64,000 bases of DNA, taken from assembly GCA_963763125.1 (NCBI GenBank), contig CAVXMV010000005.1, positions 1,968,513 through 2,032,512 on the forward strand, read 5' to 3'. Both the position numbers and the translations under genes were made by a program. Positions 55,161 to 64,000 of the stretch are shown in pieces. Position 1 is the stretch's first letter. Each line of letters begins with the position of its first letter. This DNA comes from an uncultured Chloroflexia bacterium. GTDB taxonomy: Bacteria > Chloroflexota > Chloroflexia > Thermomicrobiales > UBA6265. A model generated the notes under the pieces. That model saw only the letters and a list, made by a program, of their open reading frames with translations. It was not told the DNA's origin and made no database searches.

Positions 55161-56053
55161 GCGTTGCGGAGTCCGGGCATAACGTCATGCGCGATGCGTT
55201 CGACGATCGCGAACTGGTCAGGCTCAGGTGGCTGGAAGATGAACTCTTCTACGCCGGCATCGCTGAATCGACCGACGAAGTCTGTAAAGGCGTCGTATCG
55301 AGTGCCCACGGATTCTCATCTGGCATCTGGGCGATAACGAAGAGCAGTGACCGTTTGACGGTTTTGGGGTCGCGCCCGTTCTTGCGCGCAGGCGGCATCC
55401 ATCCGCAGGTTGCGCTCGCGCATCTCCTCAGGCGTGCCCCGCGTGTTCCAGGTGTCGGCATACTGGGCGGCGAGGTTGATCATGCGCGGCCCGTGGGCGC
55501 CGATCACGAGGGCAGTCGCGGTTTCTGGATCGGCGCCGGCCGGTTGGGTGCCTCCCGCAAGGTGTAGTACTCGCCCTCGAAGGTGGTGACATCGTTGCTC
55601 AGGTAAGCGATCGAGCAAATCGAGCGCCTCCGCATAGCGATCGACCAATTCTCCCGTCTCGGGGAAATCAAGCCCGAACATATCGTGTTCCTGCTTGAAC
55701 CAGCCCGCACCCATCCCAAGCTCAAGCCGCCCGTTGCTGATGTGATCGAGCGTGACCGCCTGTTTTGCGAGCACCGAGGGATGCCGGAAGGTATTGCTGG
55801 AGACCAGGACGCCGATCCTGACCTGTTCGACCTGAGTCGCCAGGGCGCTGAGCAGCATCCACGCTTCCAGGTAGGGTCTCGCCGGCTTCGCGGTTCGCGT
55901 GAGGTGATCGGTAACCACAGGCTGTCGAAGCCGAGCGACTCAAACCACTTCCAGCGCTCGCAGCGTGTCGTCCAGGTCCAGGTCTGGATCGATCTGCATC
56001 CCGAATTCGCGCGGCGCCTGTGTGAGCTCGCCCGACGATGCCGATTCGTCCAT
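55157..56053 (-). CDS. Second LLM oxidoreductase, tandem paralog (several frameshifts)
   Basis: Same motifs split over ORFs 55940-, 55504-, 55316-; stop overlaps the start of the next paralog. Confidence 0.8.
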
Positions 56054-56360
56054 ATGATTGCTTCTCCCTCTGATGCTCGATCGTGTAGCCCTGCCTTGAT
56101 GCGCATTGTCGCCAATATCGGCCGGGGTTGCCAATTCCAGGACAATGATCGGACACTGAGCTGACTTGCACGGTACGTTCGAGCGACCGTGACGGACGTT
56201 GGAGTGAACCAGCAGCCGTTGCGAGTTTCGTGCCGTCATCGTCGATAAATCCGAGTGAATATCATCGGCATTCAATATTTGTGACGCCACCTTCACAGAG
56301 AGGATATTCGGACCATGACCTCAGACGAATGGATCCAACGGATCTAACGGTGAATTCGAT

Positions 56361-58035
56361 ATGCGGTTCAATAGCCAGACCTTGTACGACGGCAACGACC
56401 GCGCCGGCGCCCGAGCCATGATGAAGGGCATCGGGTTCACCGATGAGGACCTCAAGAAGCCCATCATCGGGATTGCCAACACCTGGATCGAGACGATGCC
56501 GTGCAACTACAACCTGCGCCGGCTCGCCAAGCACGTCAAGGAGGGCGTCCGCGCCGCCGGCGGCACGCCGATGGAATTCAACACGGTCGCGATTTCCGAC
56601 GGCGTGACGATGGGCACCGAAGGCATGAAGGCCTCCCTCATCTCCCGCGAGGTGATCGCCGATTCGGTCGAGCTGGTTGGCCGCGGTCACATGTTCGACG
56701 CCATCATCGGCCTCGGCGCCTGCGACAAGACCCTGCCCGGCCTCGTCGATGGCCCTCGCCCGGCTCAACGTTCCGTCGATCCTGATCTATGGTGGCTCGA
56801 TCATGCCGGGCTACTGGCACGGCAAGGAAGTCACGATTCGCTCGATCTACGAGGCGATTGGCGCCAATGCCGCCGGCAACCTGAGCGACGAAGACCTCAA
56901 GTCGATGGAAGATGTCGCCTGCCCGGGCGCCGGTGCATGTGGCGGCCAGTACACGGCGAACACGATGGCGATGGCGATGGAGTTCATCGGCCTCTCGCCG
57001 CTGGGCAGCGCCTCGGCGCCGGCAATCGATCCCCGCAAGGAAGAGATCGGCGAAAAGGCCGGCGAGCTGATCATGGACGTGCTTGCGCCGCAATGTGCGA
57101 CCGCTCGACATCCTAACTCGCGAGGCGTTCGAGAACGCGATTGTCGGCGTGTCCGCCAGCGGTGGATCCACCAACTCCGTCCTCCACCTGCTTGCGCTTG
57201 CCCGCGAGGCCGGGGTCGAGCTTTCGATCGATGATTTCGACGTGGTTTCCCGCCGCACGCCACTGATTGCCGACCTCATGCCGGGCGGCAAGTACGCCGC
57301 CGCCGACCTCGACAAGGCGGGCGGCACCCAGCTGGTCGCCAAGCGACTGGTCGAAGGTGGATACCTTCATGGCATCGGCCGCGACCCCGACCGGGAAGAC
57401 GCTGGCGGAAGAGGCTGACGCCGCGGTGGAAACCGAAGGCCAGGATGTGGTCCACACGGTTGCGACCGCGATCAAGGCATCTGGTGGCCTCAACATCCTC
57501 AAGGGCAACATCGCGCCGGATGGCGCCGTCGTCAAGCTCTTCGGCTACGAGCCGACCTACCTCGAAGGGTCCAGCCCGCGTCTTCGACTCCGAGCATGCG
57601 ATGCGCACCTCGCGGTCGCCGATCGCCAGATCGTCGATGGCGACATCGTCGTCATTCGCTACGAAGGACCGGTCGGTGGACCCGGCATGCAGGAAATGCT
57701 CGGCGTCACGGCCGCGATCGTCGGCCAGGGCTTGAAGAACGTGGGCTTGCTGACCGATGGCCGCTTCAGCGGGGCAACGACAGGGCTGATGATCGGCCAC
57801 GTCGCGCCGGAGGCAGCGGTCGGCGGCCCGATCGCGGCGATTCGCGAGGGCGACACAATCGTGATCGATGCCGATAACCGCACGTTGAACGTGGAACTCA
57901 GCGACGACGAGATCGCCGGCCCGGATGAAGGATTGGGTCGCACCGAAGCCGCACTACACGCACGGCGTGATGGCGAAGTACGCGAAGCTCGTCACCCAGG
58001 CCAACGAAGGCGCGATCACCAAAGTGACGTTCTAA
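56361..58035 (+). CDS. ilvD: Dihydroxy-acid dehydratase (several frameshifts)
   Basis: [65 protein letters not shown]. Confidence 0.92.
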
Positions 58036-58102
58036 CACCGAGGTTGGCCGGGGATATCATGCACTGAGAACGCCCGGGCTGTGCGGACAATATGTGACAT
58101 GA

Positions 58103-58146
58103 GCGACGGTGCCCGGGTAAATCGCGGGCACCGTCGTCGCGTTTTT
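58103..58146 (+). terminator. Terminator after ilvD
   Basis: CGACGGTGCCCG...CGGGCACCGTCG followed by a T tract. Confidence 0.6.
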
Positions 58147-58235
58147 CGATCGCTGGATCTTACAGAGCCTTGGGAAAGTGGGTCAATGAAGCCGTGACAG
58201 ACTGCCCAGTGTGGTCTGGAGTGCCTGACAGACCA

Positions 58236-58625
58236 CTAGGCTTCTATTGCGGCAATGGCTTCGATTTCCACGAGTGCGCCAGGCACAGTAAGACTATCGA
58301 CCACCAGGGCACTGATAGCTGTGGGTGAGTTGCCCCACACTTCCTGTGCGGCAGCATATCCATCTCGAATATCCTGCCCCTTGGCAACGTAAATGGTCAG
58401 CTTAGCCACATTCCCCTGGTCAGCGCCGACAGCAGCCAGTATCTCAATGACGTTCCTGCATGCCTGTTTCGTTTGGGTGGCAAAGTCATTGCCGGCCAGG
58501 GTGCCATCGGGCAGGATCCCATTTTGACCGCCAATGTAAACCGTTTTGCCGCCTTCGATGACAACAGCCTGTGAAAAGACAGGGCTCTTGTAAAGACCGT
58601 CGGGATTGATATGGGTTATTTTCAT
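58236..58625 (-). CDS. Rid (YjgF/RidA superfamily) protein
   Basis: FSQAV, YIGGQ, ALVEIEAIA; GGAGG RBS. Confidence 0.88.
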   Translation of the reverse strand: MKITHINPDGLYKSPVFSQAVVIEGGKTVYIGGQNGILPDGTLAGNDFATQTKQACRNVIEILAAVGADQGNVAKLTIYVAKGQDIRDGYAAAQEVWGNSPTAISALVVDSLTVPGALVEIEAIAAIEA

Positions 58626-58645
58626 ACTCCTGTTTGAACCTCCTG

Positions 58646-59210
58646 TCACCTGTAATGCTGTTCAAGGATTTCCAGCAGCTTCGTGATCGTTTTCCAGTTG
58701 CGCATGGTTATGAACTGATAAACGGGGTTTCTGGCTAACCTTGCCAAGATGGCTCCTGGTAGCGTTTGGACTGGATAAGGAGGGCAGGCGATAGTAAATC
58801 GCTGAGTCGCCCTGCCAGACTGTATCGACTCCTTGCCGTACATCAATTTCCTTCATCGCATCGCCAGTACTCATTCCCATCGGGAACAAAACATAATAGC
58901 GATAGTTGGCGTTGTCTGTACCGAACTCTTTTGGTGCTTGCCTTACCACCGTCTCAAGTGTCTTGTGTTCAAGAGCCAGCATCCTGATGATTGAACTGTC
59001 CAGATCGAACTTCTTCGGCAGCATCTTTTCAATCCTCGTGGTGGTTGCCGTCGCGTCGAAGCGTGAACCTAAAATCACGTTGCCGCTCTGAATATATGTT
59101 TCAACTCTATTGAAGCCCAGCTCCTCAAGGCAGAGTTTTAACGCTTTCATTGGTATCTTGTTTTTGCCACCGACATTGATGCCGCGCATGAGTATGACAA
59201 ATGTGTTCAT
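58646..59210 (-). CDS. DUF1697 family protein (frameshift near 58725)
   Basis: LMRGINVGGKNKIPM, VETYIQSGNV, TMRNWKTITKL. Confidence 0.85.
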
Positions 59211-59647
59211 CGGCTCTCATTGTAGTTTGGAGTGCAAAACAGACTCCAGGAATCGGGCCATTCCTTCGAATCGATGTGCCAGGGCAGGCACCGCCTGGTG
59301 TATCACCGGCACCCTGCCGGGCGATGATCCCGCCTGCTTCGGACTGGGAAGGGAGTTCGATGACATTCCCACTGAGTCCAGTTCTCGCTTGCCCGGCTGG
59401 TCAATGCCGGGGTGATCGCATTTTCCTTTGGCACCTCGGAATGCGTATATTGGTCCTGATCTTTCGCCCCCAGAACTCGTTGGGCATCTGGAGGCAACGA
59501 TCACCATGGCGCCGATCCCGAGGGGCGCCTCGCGATGCTCGGACATGGTGAATTCGCGTCAAGCTTGTCCTCGCATGCGGTCGATCCATGGTTCCCAAGA
59601 CCACAATTGGCGCCGATCCCGCCGCCAGGGGAATGCAGAGCTACCTC

Positions 59648-59827
59648 TTGACAGGGGAAATACCGCACCATATAGTGCTAAAAGCATTTAGTAACAAAGC
59701 AGGTTGCATAGGACTGCCGGGAATCGCCGGTCGGTTCAATATGATCAGGTAAAACGATTTAGTCACTTGGGCATCCCACAAGGAACCTGGTGGCTCACCG
59801 AGCGCACGCACATAGTAAATCGATTTA
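59648..59827 (+). promoter_or_regulatory. Promoter TTGACA-17-TATAGT with three LacI-type operators
   Basis: TAAAAGCATTTA 59679-59690, TAAAACGATTTA 59750-59761, perfect TAAATCGATTTA 59816-59827. Confidence 0.78.
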
Positions 59828-59881
59828 GCATCGATCCCGATCGAAGGGCGCCATGATTCCGTTTCGTATTGGAGCCATCAT

Positions 59882-60946
59882 ATGAGGAACACCGCCCGGC
59901 GGTCTGCAAGGCGGCCGACAATCAAGGATGTCGCCACGGCTGCCGCAGTTTCTCCGACGACGGTCTCCTTCGTGATCAACGAGGTGGAGGCGGCGAATAT
60001 CTCGATCGAAACCCGGGAACGGGTGCTCGCTGCCGTCAGGGAACTCAATTATCGGCCCAACGCTGCCGCAGCGCTGCTGCGAACCAATCGCTCGCACAGT
60101 ATCGGCTTCGTGACCAACGGCGTCGCCTCGACTCCATTCGCAGGTGAAATCATCCATGGCGCCCAGGAAGCCGCGTGGCAATCGAACCAGTTGCTGACAA
60201 TCATCAATACCAATGGTGACGATGCGCTCATGGAAGCCGGCATCGGCATGCTGCTGGAACGCCGGGTAGATGGCTTCATCTATTCGGAAGTGGGTAACGG
60301 CATCGTCACTCCTCCGCATATCCTGCGGGAAGCCCCCTCAGTCGTTGTGAATGGTGCTTCCACCGACCCCGGCTTCTCGACAATCGTGCCGGATGAGGTG
60401 GGTGGAGGCTACCAGGCAACGATGGCCCTGCTAAAGGCCGGCCATCGCCGGGTCGGGTTCCTCAACATGGACCTGGATCCCGGGCACCGGCCGGCGAAAG
60501 GGCGGCTGCAGGGATACCGGCAGGCGCTTGAGGAATTCGACATTTTCTACGATCCGGCTCTCGTCAACTACGGGAACAGCAATGCCGACGACGGCTACCT
60601 CAATGCCCACAAGCTCCTGCAGCTCGCAGAGCCACCCACCGCGCTCTTTTGCGGTACCGATCGGATGGCCATGGGTGCTTATGATGCCATGCGGGAACTA
60701 GGGCTTTCGATTCCGGACCAGATGTCCATCGTTGGATTCGATGACCAGGAACTCATTGGCGCTTACCTGAGGCCGGCCCTGACTACCGTTGCCCTACCGT
60801 TCTTCGAGATGGGGTGGCGAGCCGTGATGCATCTCAACGCCAGTCGAGGCAATGGCGATCTCCATGCAGGCACGAATGAAATCGTCCCCTGCCGCTTCGT
60901 CGAACGCAATTCCGTCCATCAGCTGTCCTCGGAAAGGAGTGCCTAG
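59882..60946 (+). CDS. LacI family transcriptional regulator
   Basis: TIKDVATAAAVSPTTVSFVIN, YRPN, VGFDD, LTTV. Confidence 0.95.
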   Translation: MRNTARRSARRPTIKDVATAAAVSPTTVSFVINEVEAANISIETRERVLAAVRELNYRPNAAAALLRTNRSHSIGFVTNGVASTPFAGEIIHGAQEAAWQSNQLLTIINTNGDDALMEAGIGMLLERRVDGFIYSEVGNGIVTPPHILREAPSVVVNGASTDPGFSTIVPDEVGGGYQATMALLKAGHRRVGFLNMDLDPGHRPAKGRLQGYRQALEEFDIFYDPALVNYGNSNADDGYLNAHKLLQLAEPPTALFCGTDRMAMGAYDAMRELGLSIPDQMSIVGFDDQELIGAYLRPALTTVALPFFEMGWRAVMHLNASRGNGDLHAGTNEIVPCRFVERNSVHQLSSERSA

Positions 60947-61044
60947 CAAGGCCACACCAGCCAGTCGTAACACGACAAGGTCACGTCTTTCTTGCTGCCG
61001 AACCCGGCGGCGCGCCGGGCGCAGAAAAGCCTTGAGGTACAACG

Positions 61045-62760
61045 ATGCAGAACACCATGCTGACACGACGATCTTTGATTGGACAAACCGCCGCCGGCGC
61101 TACCGCAGCCGTGCTTACTGCGTCGGCGCCCGGCCTGGGCACGCCCGTGTTCGCTCAAGGCACGCCCGCGGTCGCTCAGGGCACCACGATCGATCCAGAG
61201 AGCATCCTGACGATCGGGCGAGAGGGAAATAACACCTACACCCGAAACTTCAATCCGTTTTCACCCAATGCGGTCTTCGGGACCCACACCGCCATTTACG
61301 AGCGATTGATCATTCGCAACCCCGTTACCGGTGAGACCATTCCTTGGCTCGCAACGGAGTTCGAAGCGGCGCCAGACGGCTTGAGTGTGACCTTCATCAC
61401 TCGGGAAAACGTGCTGTGGTCCGACGGCACGCCGTTCACCTCTGCCGATGTGGCCTTCACGTTCACTCTGGTCAAGGAGATAAGCGCCGGAGCGGCTTTC
61501 GCCTACGTCGAAACCATCACAGCCGACACAGCCACCTCCGTGGTATTCGCCTTCAACCGGCCCTTCTCGCCCGGTTTGTTCGAAATCGGATCCCAGCTGA
61601 TCGTGCCGCAACACATCTGGGAAACGGTCGAGACGCCGGCAGAGTTCACCAACGAGAACCCGGTCGGTACCGGACCATTCACCGAGATCGCCGTATTCCA
61701 GCCGCAGGTGTACGAAATTCACCGCAACAATTCGTACTGGCAGGAAGGCAAGCCCCATTTCCAAGGGATTCGCTACCCGGCCTTCCCGGCCAATGAGCAG
61801 GTGTCCTTGGCGCTCATCAACGGTGAGCTGGACTGGTCGGATATCTTCCTGCCGAACATCGAGGAAGTGTTCGTCAGCGAGGATCCCGAACACTTCTCGT
61901 ACTGGTTCGCCACTACGGGCGGCATGATTCAGTGCTACATGAATACGACGATCGCCCCTTTTGATGACCCGAACGTTCGCAAAGCTTTCAGCATGGCGAT
62001 CGACCGCGACCAAGTGTGCCAAATCGCGATGTCGGGATACACCCACCCGGCGGACTCGACCGGCCTCAGCGACAGTTTCAACGACTGGCGCAGCGAAGAA
62101 GCCCTGGCTGCAGGGGACTGGACCACCCGCAACGTCGATGCGGCGAACGCCCTCCTAGATGAGGGAGGCTATGCCAAGGGATCCGATGGCATTCGCACGC
62201 TGCCCGACGGCACCAAGATGGAATACTCGATCATCGTGAACGCGCCCTCCAGCGACTGGGTGTCGTCGTCACAGATCATCGCTCGCGGCCTTGGCGACAT
62301 TGGCGTGGATGTCTCAGTCGAAGGACTTGAAACCGGCACGCTGGTGGAGCGCCTGCAGGCCGGCGATTTCCAGATGGCCCATGCCTGGGCCGGGCATGGG
62401 CCGACACCTTACCAGTTCTACGACTGGACGATGTCGACCGAAACCGTGCTGCCAATCGGCGAGCTCTCGAATGAGAACTTTGCCCGGTACGGGAACGCGG
62501 AAGCGACGGCGCTGCTGGAGCAGTTCGCCGCGACCTTCGACGTCGACGAGCAGAAGGAAATCACCAACCAGCTCCAATTGATTTACGTTAATGAGCTCCC
62601 GGCCGCCCCGTTGTTCCCGTCGCCCGAATGGGGTGAATTCAACACTAGGCGCTTCACCGGGTTCCCGAGCGCGGACAACCCCTATGCGCTTGGACAGAGC
62701 CGGGCAGAAACCGCTGTGCTTGTGCTCACCACGGTCACGCCTGTTGAGTCCGAAGGGTAA
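61045..62760 (+). CDS. ABC transporter family-5 substrate-binding protein, Tat signal (probably oligosaccharide-binding)
   Basis: LTRRSLI leader; NFNPF, WSDGTPFTSADVAFTF, PVGTGPF. Confidence 0.9.
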   Translation: MQNTMLTRRSLIGQTAAGATAAVLTASAPGLGTPVFAQGTPAVAQGTTIDPESILTIGREGNNTYTRNFNPFSPNAVFGTHTAIYERLIIRNPVTGETIPWLATEFEAAPDGLSVTFITRENVLWSDGTPFTSADVAFTFTLVKEISAGAAFAYVETITADTATSVVFAFNRPFSPGLFEIGSQLIVPQHIWETVETPAEFTNENPVGTGPFTEIAVFQPQVYEIHRNNSYWQEGKPHFQGIRYPAFPANEQVSLALINGELDWSDIFLPNIEEVFVSEDPEHFSYWFATTGGMIQCYMNTTIAPFDDPNVRKAFSMAIDRDQVCQIAMSGYTHPADSTGLSDSFNDWRSEEALAAGDWTTRNVDAANALLDEGGYAKGSDGIRTLPDGTKMEYSIIVNAPSSDWVSSSQIIARGLGDIGVDVSVEGLETGTLVERLQAGDFQMAHAWAGHGPTPYQFYDWTMSTETVLPIGELSNENFARYGNAEATALLEQFAATFDVDEQKEITNQLQLIYVNELPAAPLFPSPEWGEFNTRRFTGFPSADNPYALGQSRAETAVLVLTTVTPVESEG

Positions 62761-62829
62761 CGGTAGAAGCCAATGTGATGGTGCGGGTCCCTCCGCGAGC
62801 CACCCGCACCATCCATTCGGAGCAATGCA

Positions 62830-63807
62830 ATGAGATTCATTCTCCACCGGTTAGGGTTTTATGCGATTGCCGCCTGGGTATCCGTCACGTTGAACTTCCT
62901 GTTGCCGAGGGCCATGCCGGGCGATCCCGCTTCCCGCCTTATGGGGTCGCTCGCCAATGAAATGACCCCCGACGAAATCGATGCACTCAGGAATGTCTAC
63001 GGCCTGAGCGATGCCCCGATCTGGGAGCAATACCTTGCATACCTGTCGCACCTGGCGCGCGGCGATCTTGGTCTCTCCTTTTCCTCATTTCCGACACCGG
63101 TCTCGACCGTGATCGGCACCAGCATATACTGGACCCTGCTCCTGGGACTGACGACGTTAATCATCGGGTTCGTGATTGGCAATCTGCTGGGAATGGTGGC
63201 TGCCTGGAGGCGCGGCGGCGTCGTCGATACGATCCTCCCACCCTTCCTTATCCTCATGGGGTCGTTTCCCTATTTTTGGCTGGCGATGTCGGCTCTCTAT
63301 GCCCTTGGGTTCAAACTGGGCTGGTTTCCAATGCGGCATGCCTATGGAATAGACGTTACTCCCTCTTTCAGCTGGGAGTTTATCCAGAGCGTGGCGCTGC
63401 ACCTGGTTCTTCCTGCAGCCACGATTATCGTCGTCTCGGTTGGTGGATGGATGCTGGGCATGCGCAACACGATGGTAGCCGTACTCGCCGAGGACTACAT
63501 CATGATGGCAGAAGCCAAGGGCTTGCCGGAGCGCTACATCATGACCCGGTACGCGGCCCGAAACGCGCTGTTGCCAGCAGTCACATCATTCGGCCTTGCC
63601 TTCGGGTTCATCATCAGCGGAGCGCTCCTGACTGAAATCGTCTTTGCCTACCCTGGCCTTGGATTCCAGCTTCTTTCCGCCGTACGCGGTTTGGACTATC
63701 CATTGATGCAGGGAATTTTGCTCATGATCACGTTTGCCGTGTTGGGAGCGAATTTTATCGTCGATCTCATCTATGTGCGCCTCGATCCTCGAGTACGCGT
63801 GTCGTAG
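62830..63807 (+). CDS. ABC transporter permease (DppB/OppB-like)
   Basis: MPGDP, EDYIMMAEAKGL, YPGLG, LDPRVR. Confidence 0.93.
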   Translation: MRFILHRLGFYAIAAWVSVTLNFLLPRAMPGDPASRLMGSLANEMTPDEIDALRNVYGLSDAPIWEQYLAYLSHLARGDLGLSFSSFPTPVSTVIGTSIYWTLLLGLTTLIIGFVIGNLLGMVAAWRRGGVVDTILPPFLILMGSFPYFWLAMSALYALGFKLGWFPMRHAYGIDVTPSFSWEFIQSVALHLVLPAATIIVVSVGGWMLGMRNTMVAVLAEDYIMMAEAKGLPERYIMTRYAARNALLPAVTSFGLAFGFIISGALLTEIVFAYPGLGFQLLSAVRGLDYPLMQGILLMITFAVLGANFIVDLIYVRLDPRVRVS

Positions 63808-63817
63808 GGAGGAGCAC

Positions 63818-64000
63818 ATGCAACCGACACCACTCCTGGAAGCCAACATCGAGGACATGGCCGAAACCGCGCCGCCGGCAGCCACCCCGGTCCGCCGGCG
63901 CCTGCCCGGCAGGGCGATCTTGAGGAACCCGAAAACCCTCATTGGCGTCCTGATCCTGCTCTTCTACACCCTGCTGGCCGTCGCGGCGCCCGTGCTTGCT
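63818..64000 (+). CDS. ABC transporter permease (DppC/OppC-like), truncated by window edge
   Basis: GGAGGAG RBS; MQPTPLL...RNPKTLIGVLILLFYTLLAVAAPVL. Confidence 0.75.
   Translation, partial: MQPTPLLEANIEDMAETAPPAATPVRRRLPGRAILRNPKTLIGVLILLFYTLLAVAAPVLA

Overview
High-GC bacterial chromosomal window. Gene content, Tat-leader style and GAAC-N4-GTTC LexA boxes suggest Chloroflexota, possibly Thermomicrobiales; this is an inference. About 55 CDSs cover sugar-acid/lactate catabolism (SDR, UxaA, LutC/B), a UbiA-methyltransferase-FAD oxidoreductase-SRPBCC-ketosynthase cluster, a PucR-GlnA / GltB nitrogen locus, proS, typA, cydAB, trpS, ilvD, a MutS-V protein, LLM oxidoreductases and a LacI-controlled family-5 ABC transporter. 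Many conserved genes carry single-base frameshifts, most likely long-read assembly errors. Intergenic DNA is dense in two families of palindromic repeats: GTAG/GTAC REP-like hairpins and GTCATTC..GAATGAC elements. A mobile hotspot at 31.6-33.9 kb holds an IS481 end and two inverted IS5 remnants around a secreted-peptide gene and a 3x32-bp tandem repeat. Best candidates for undescribed systems: (1) two unknown small genes driven by mirror-image promoters that carry identical LexA boxes (3.9-5.0 kb); (2) the lone-ketosynthase/cyclase/prenyltransferase cluster (5.1-10.1 kb); (3) PucR-family control of GS/GOGAT through TTGTG-N8-(C/A)ACAA boxes; (4) the IS5-bounded peptide cassette. I recognised no rRNA, tRNA or CRISPR array.
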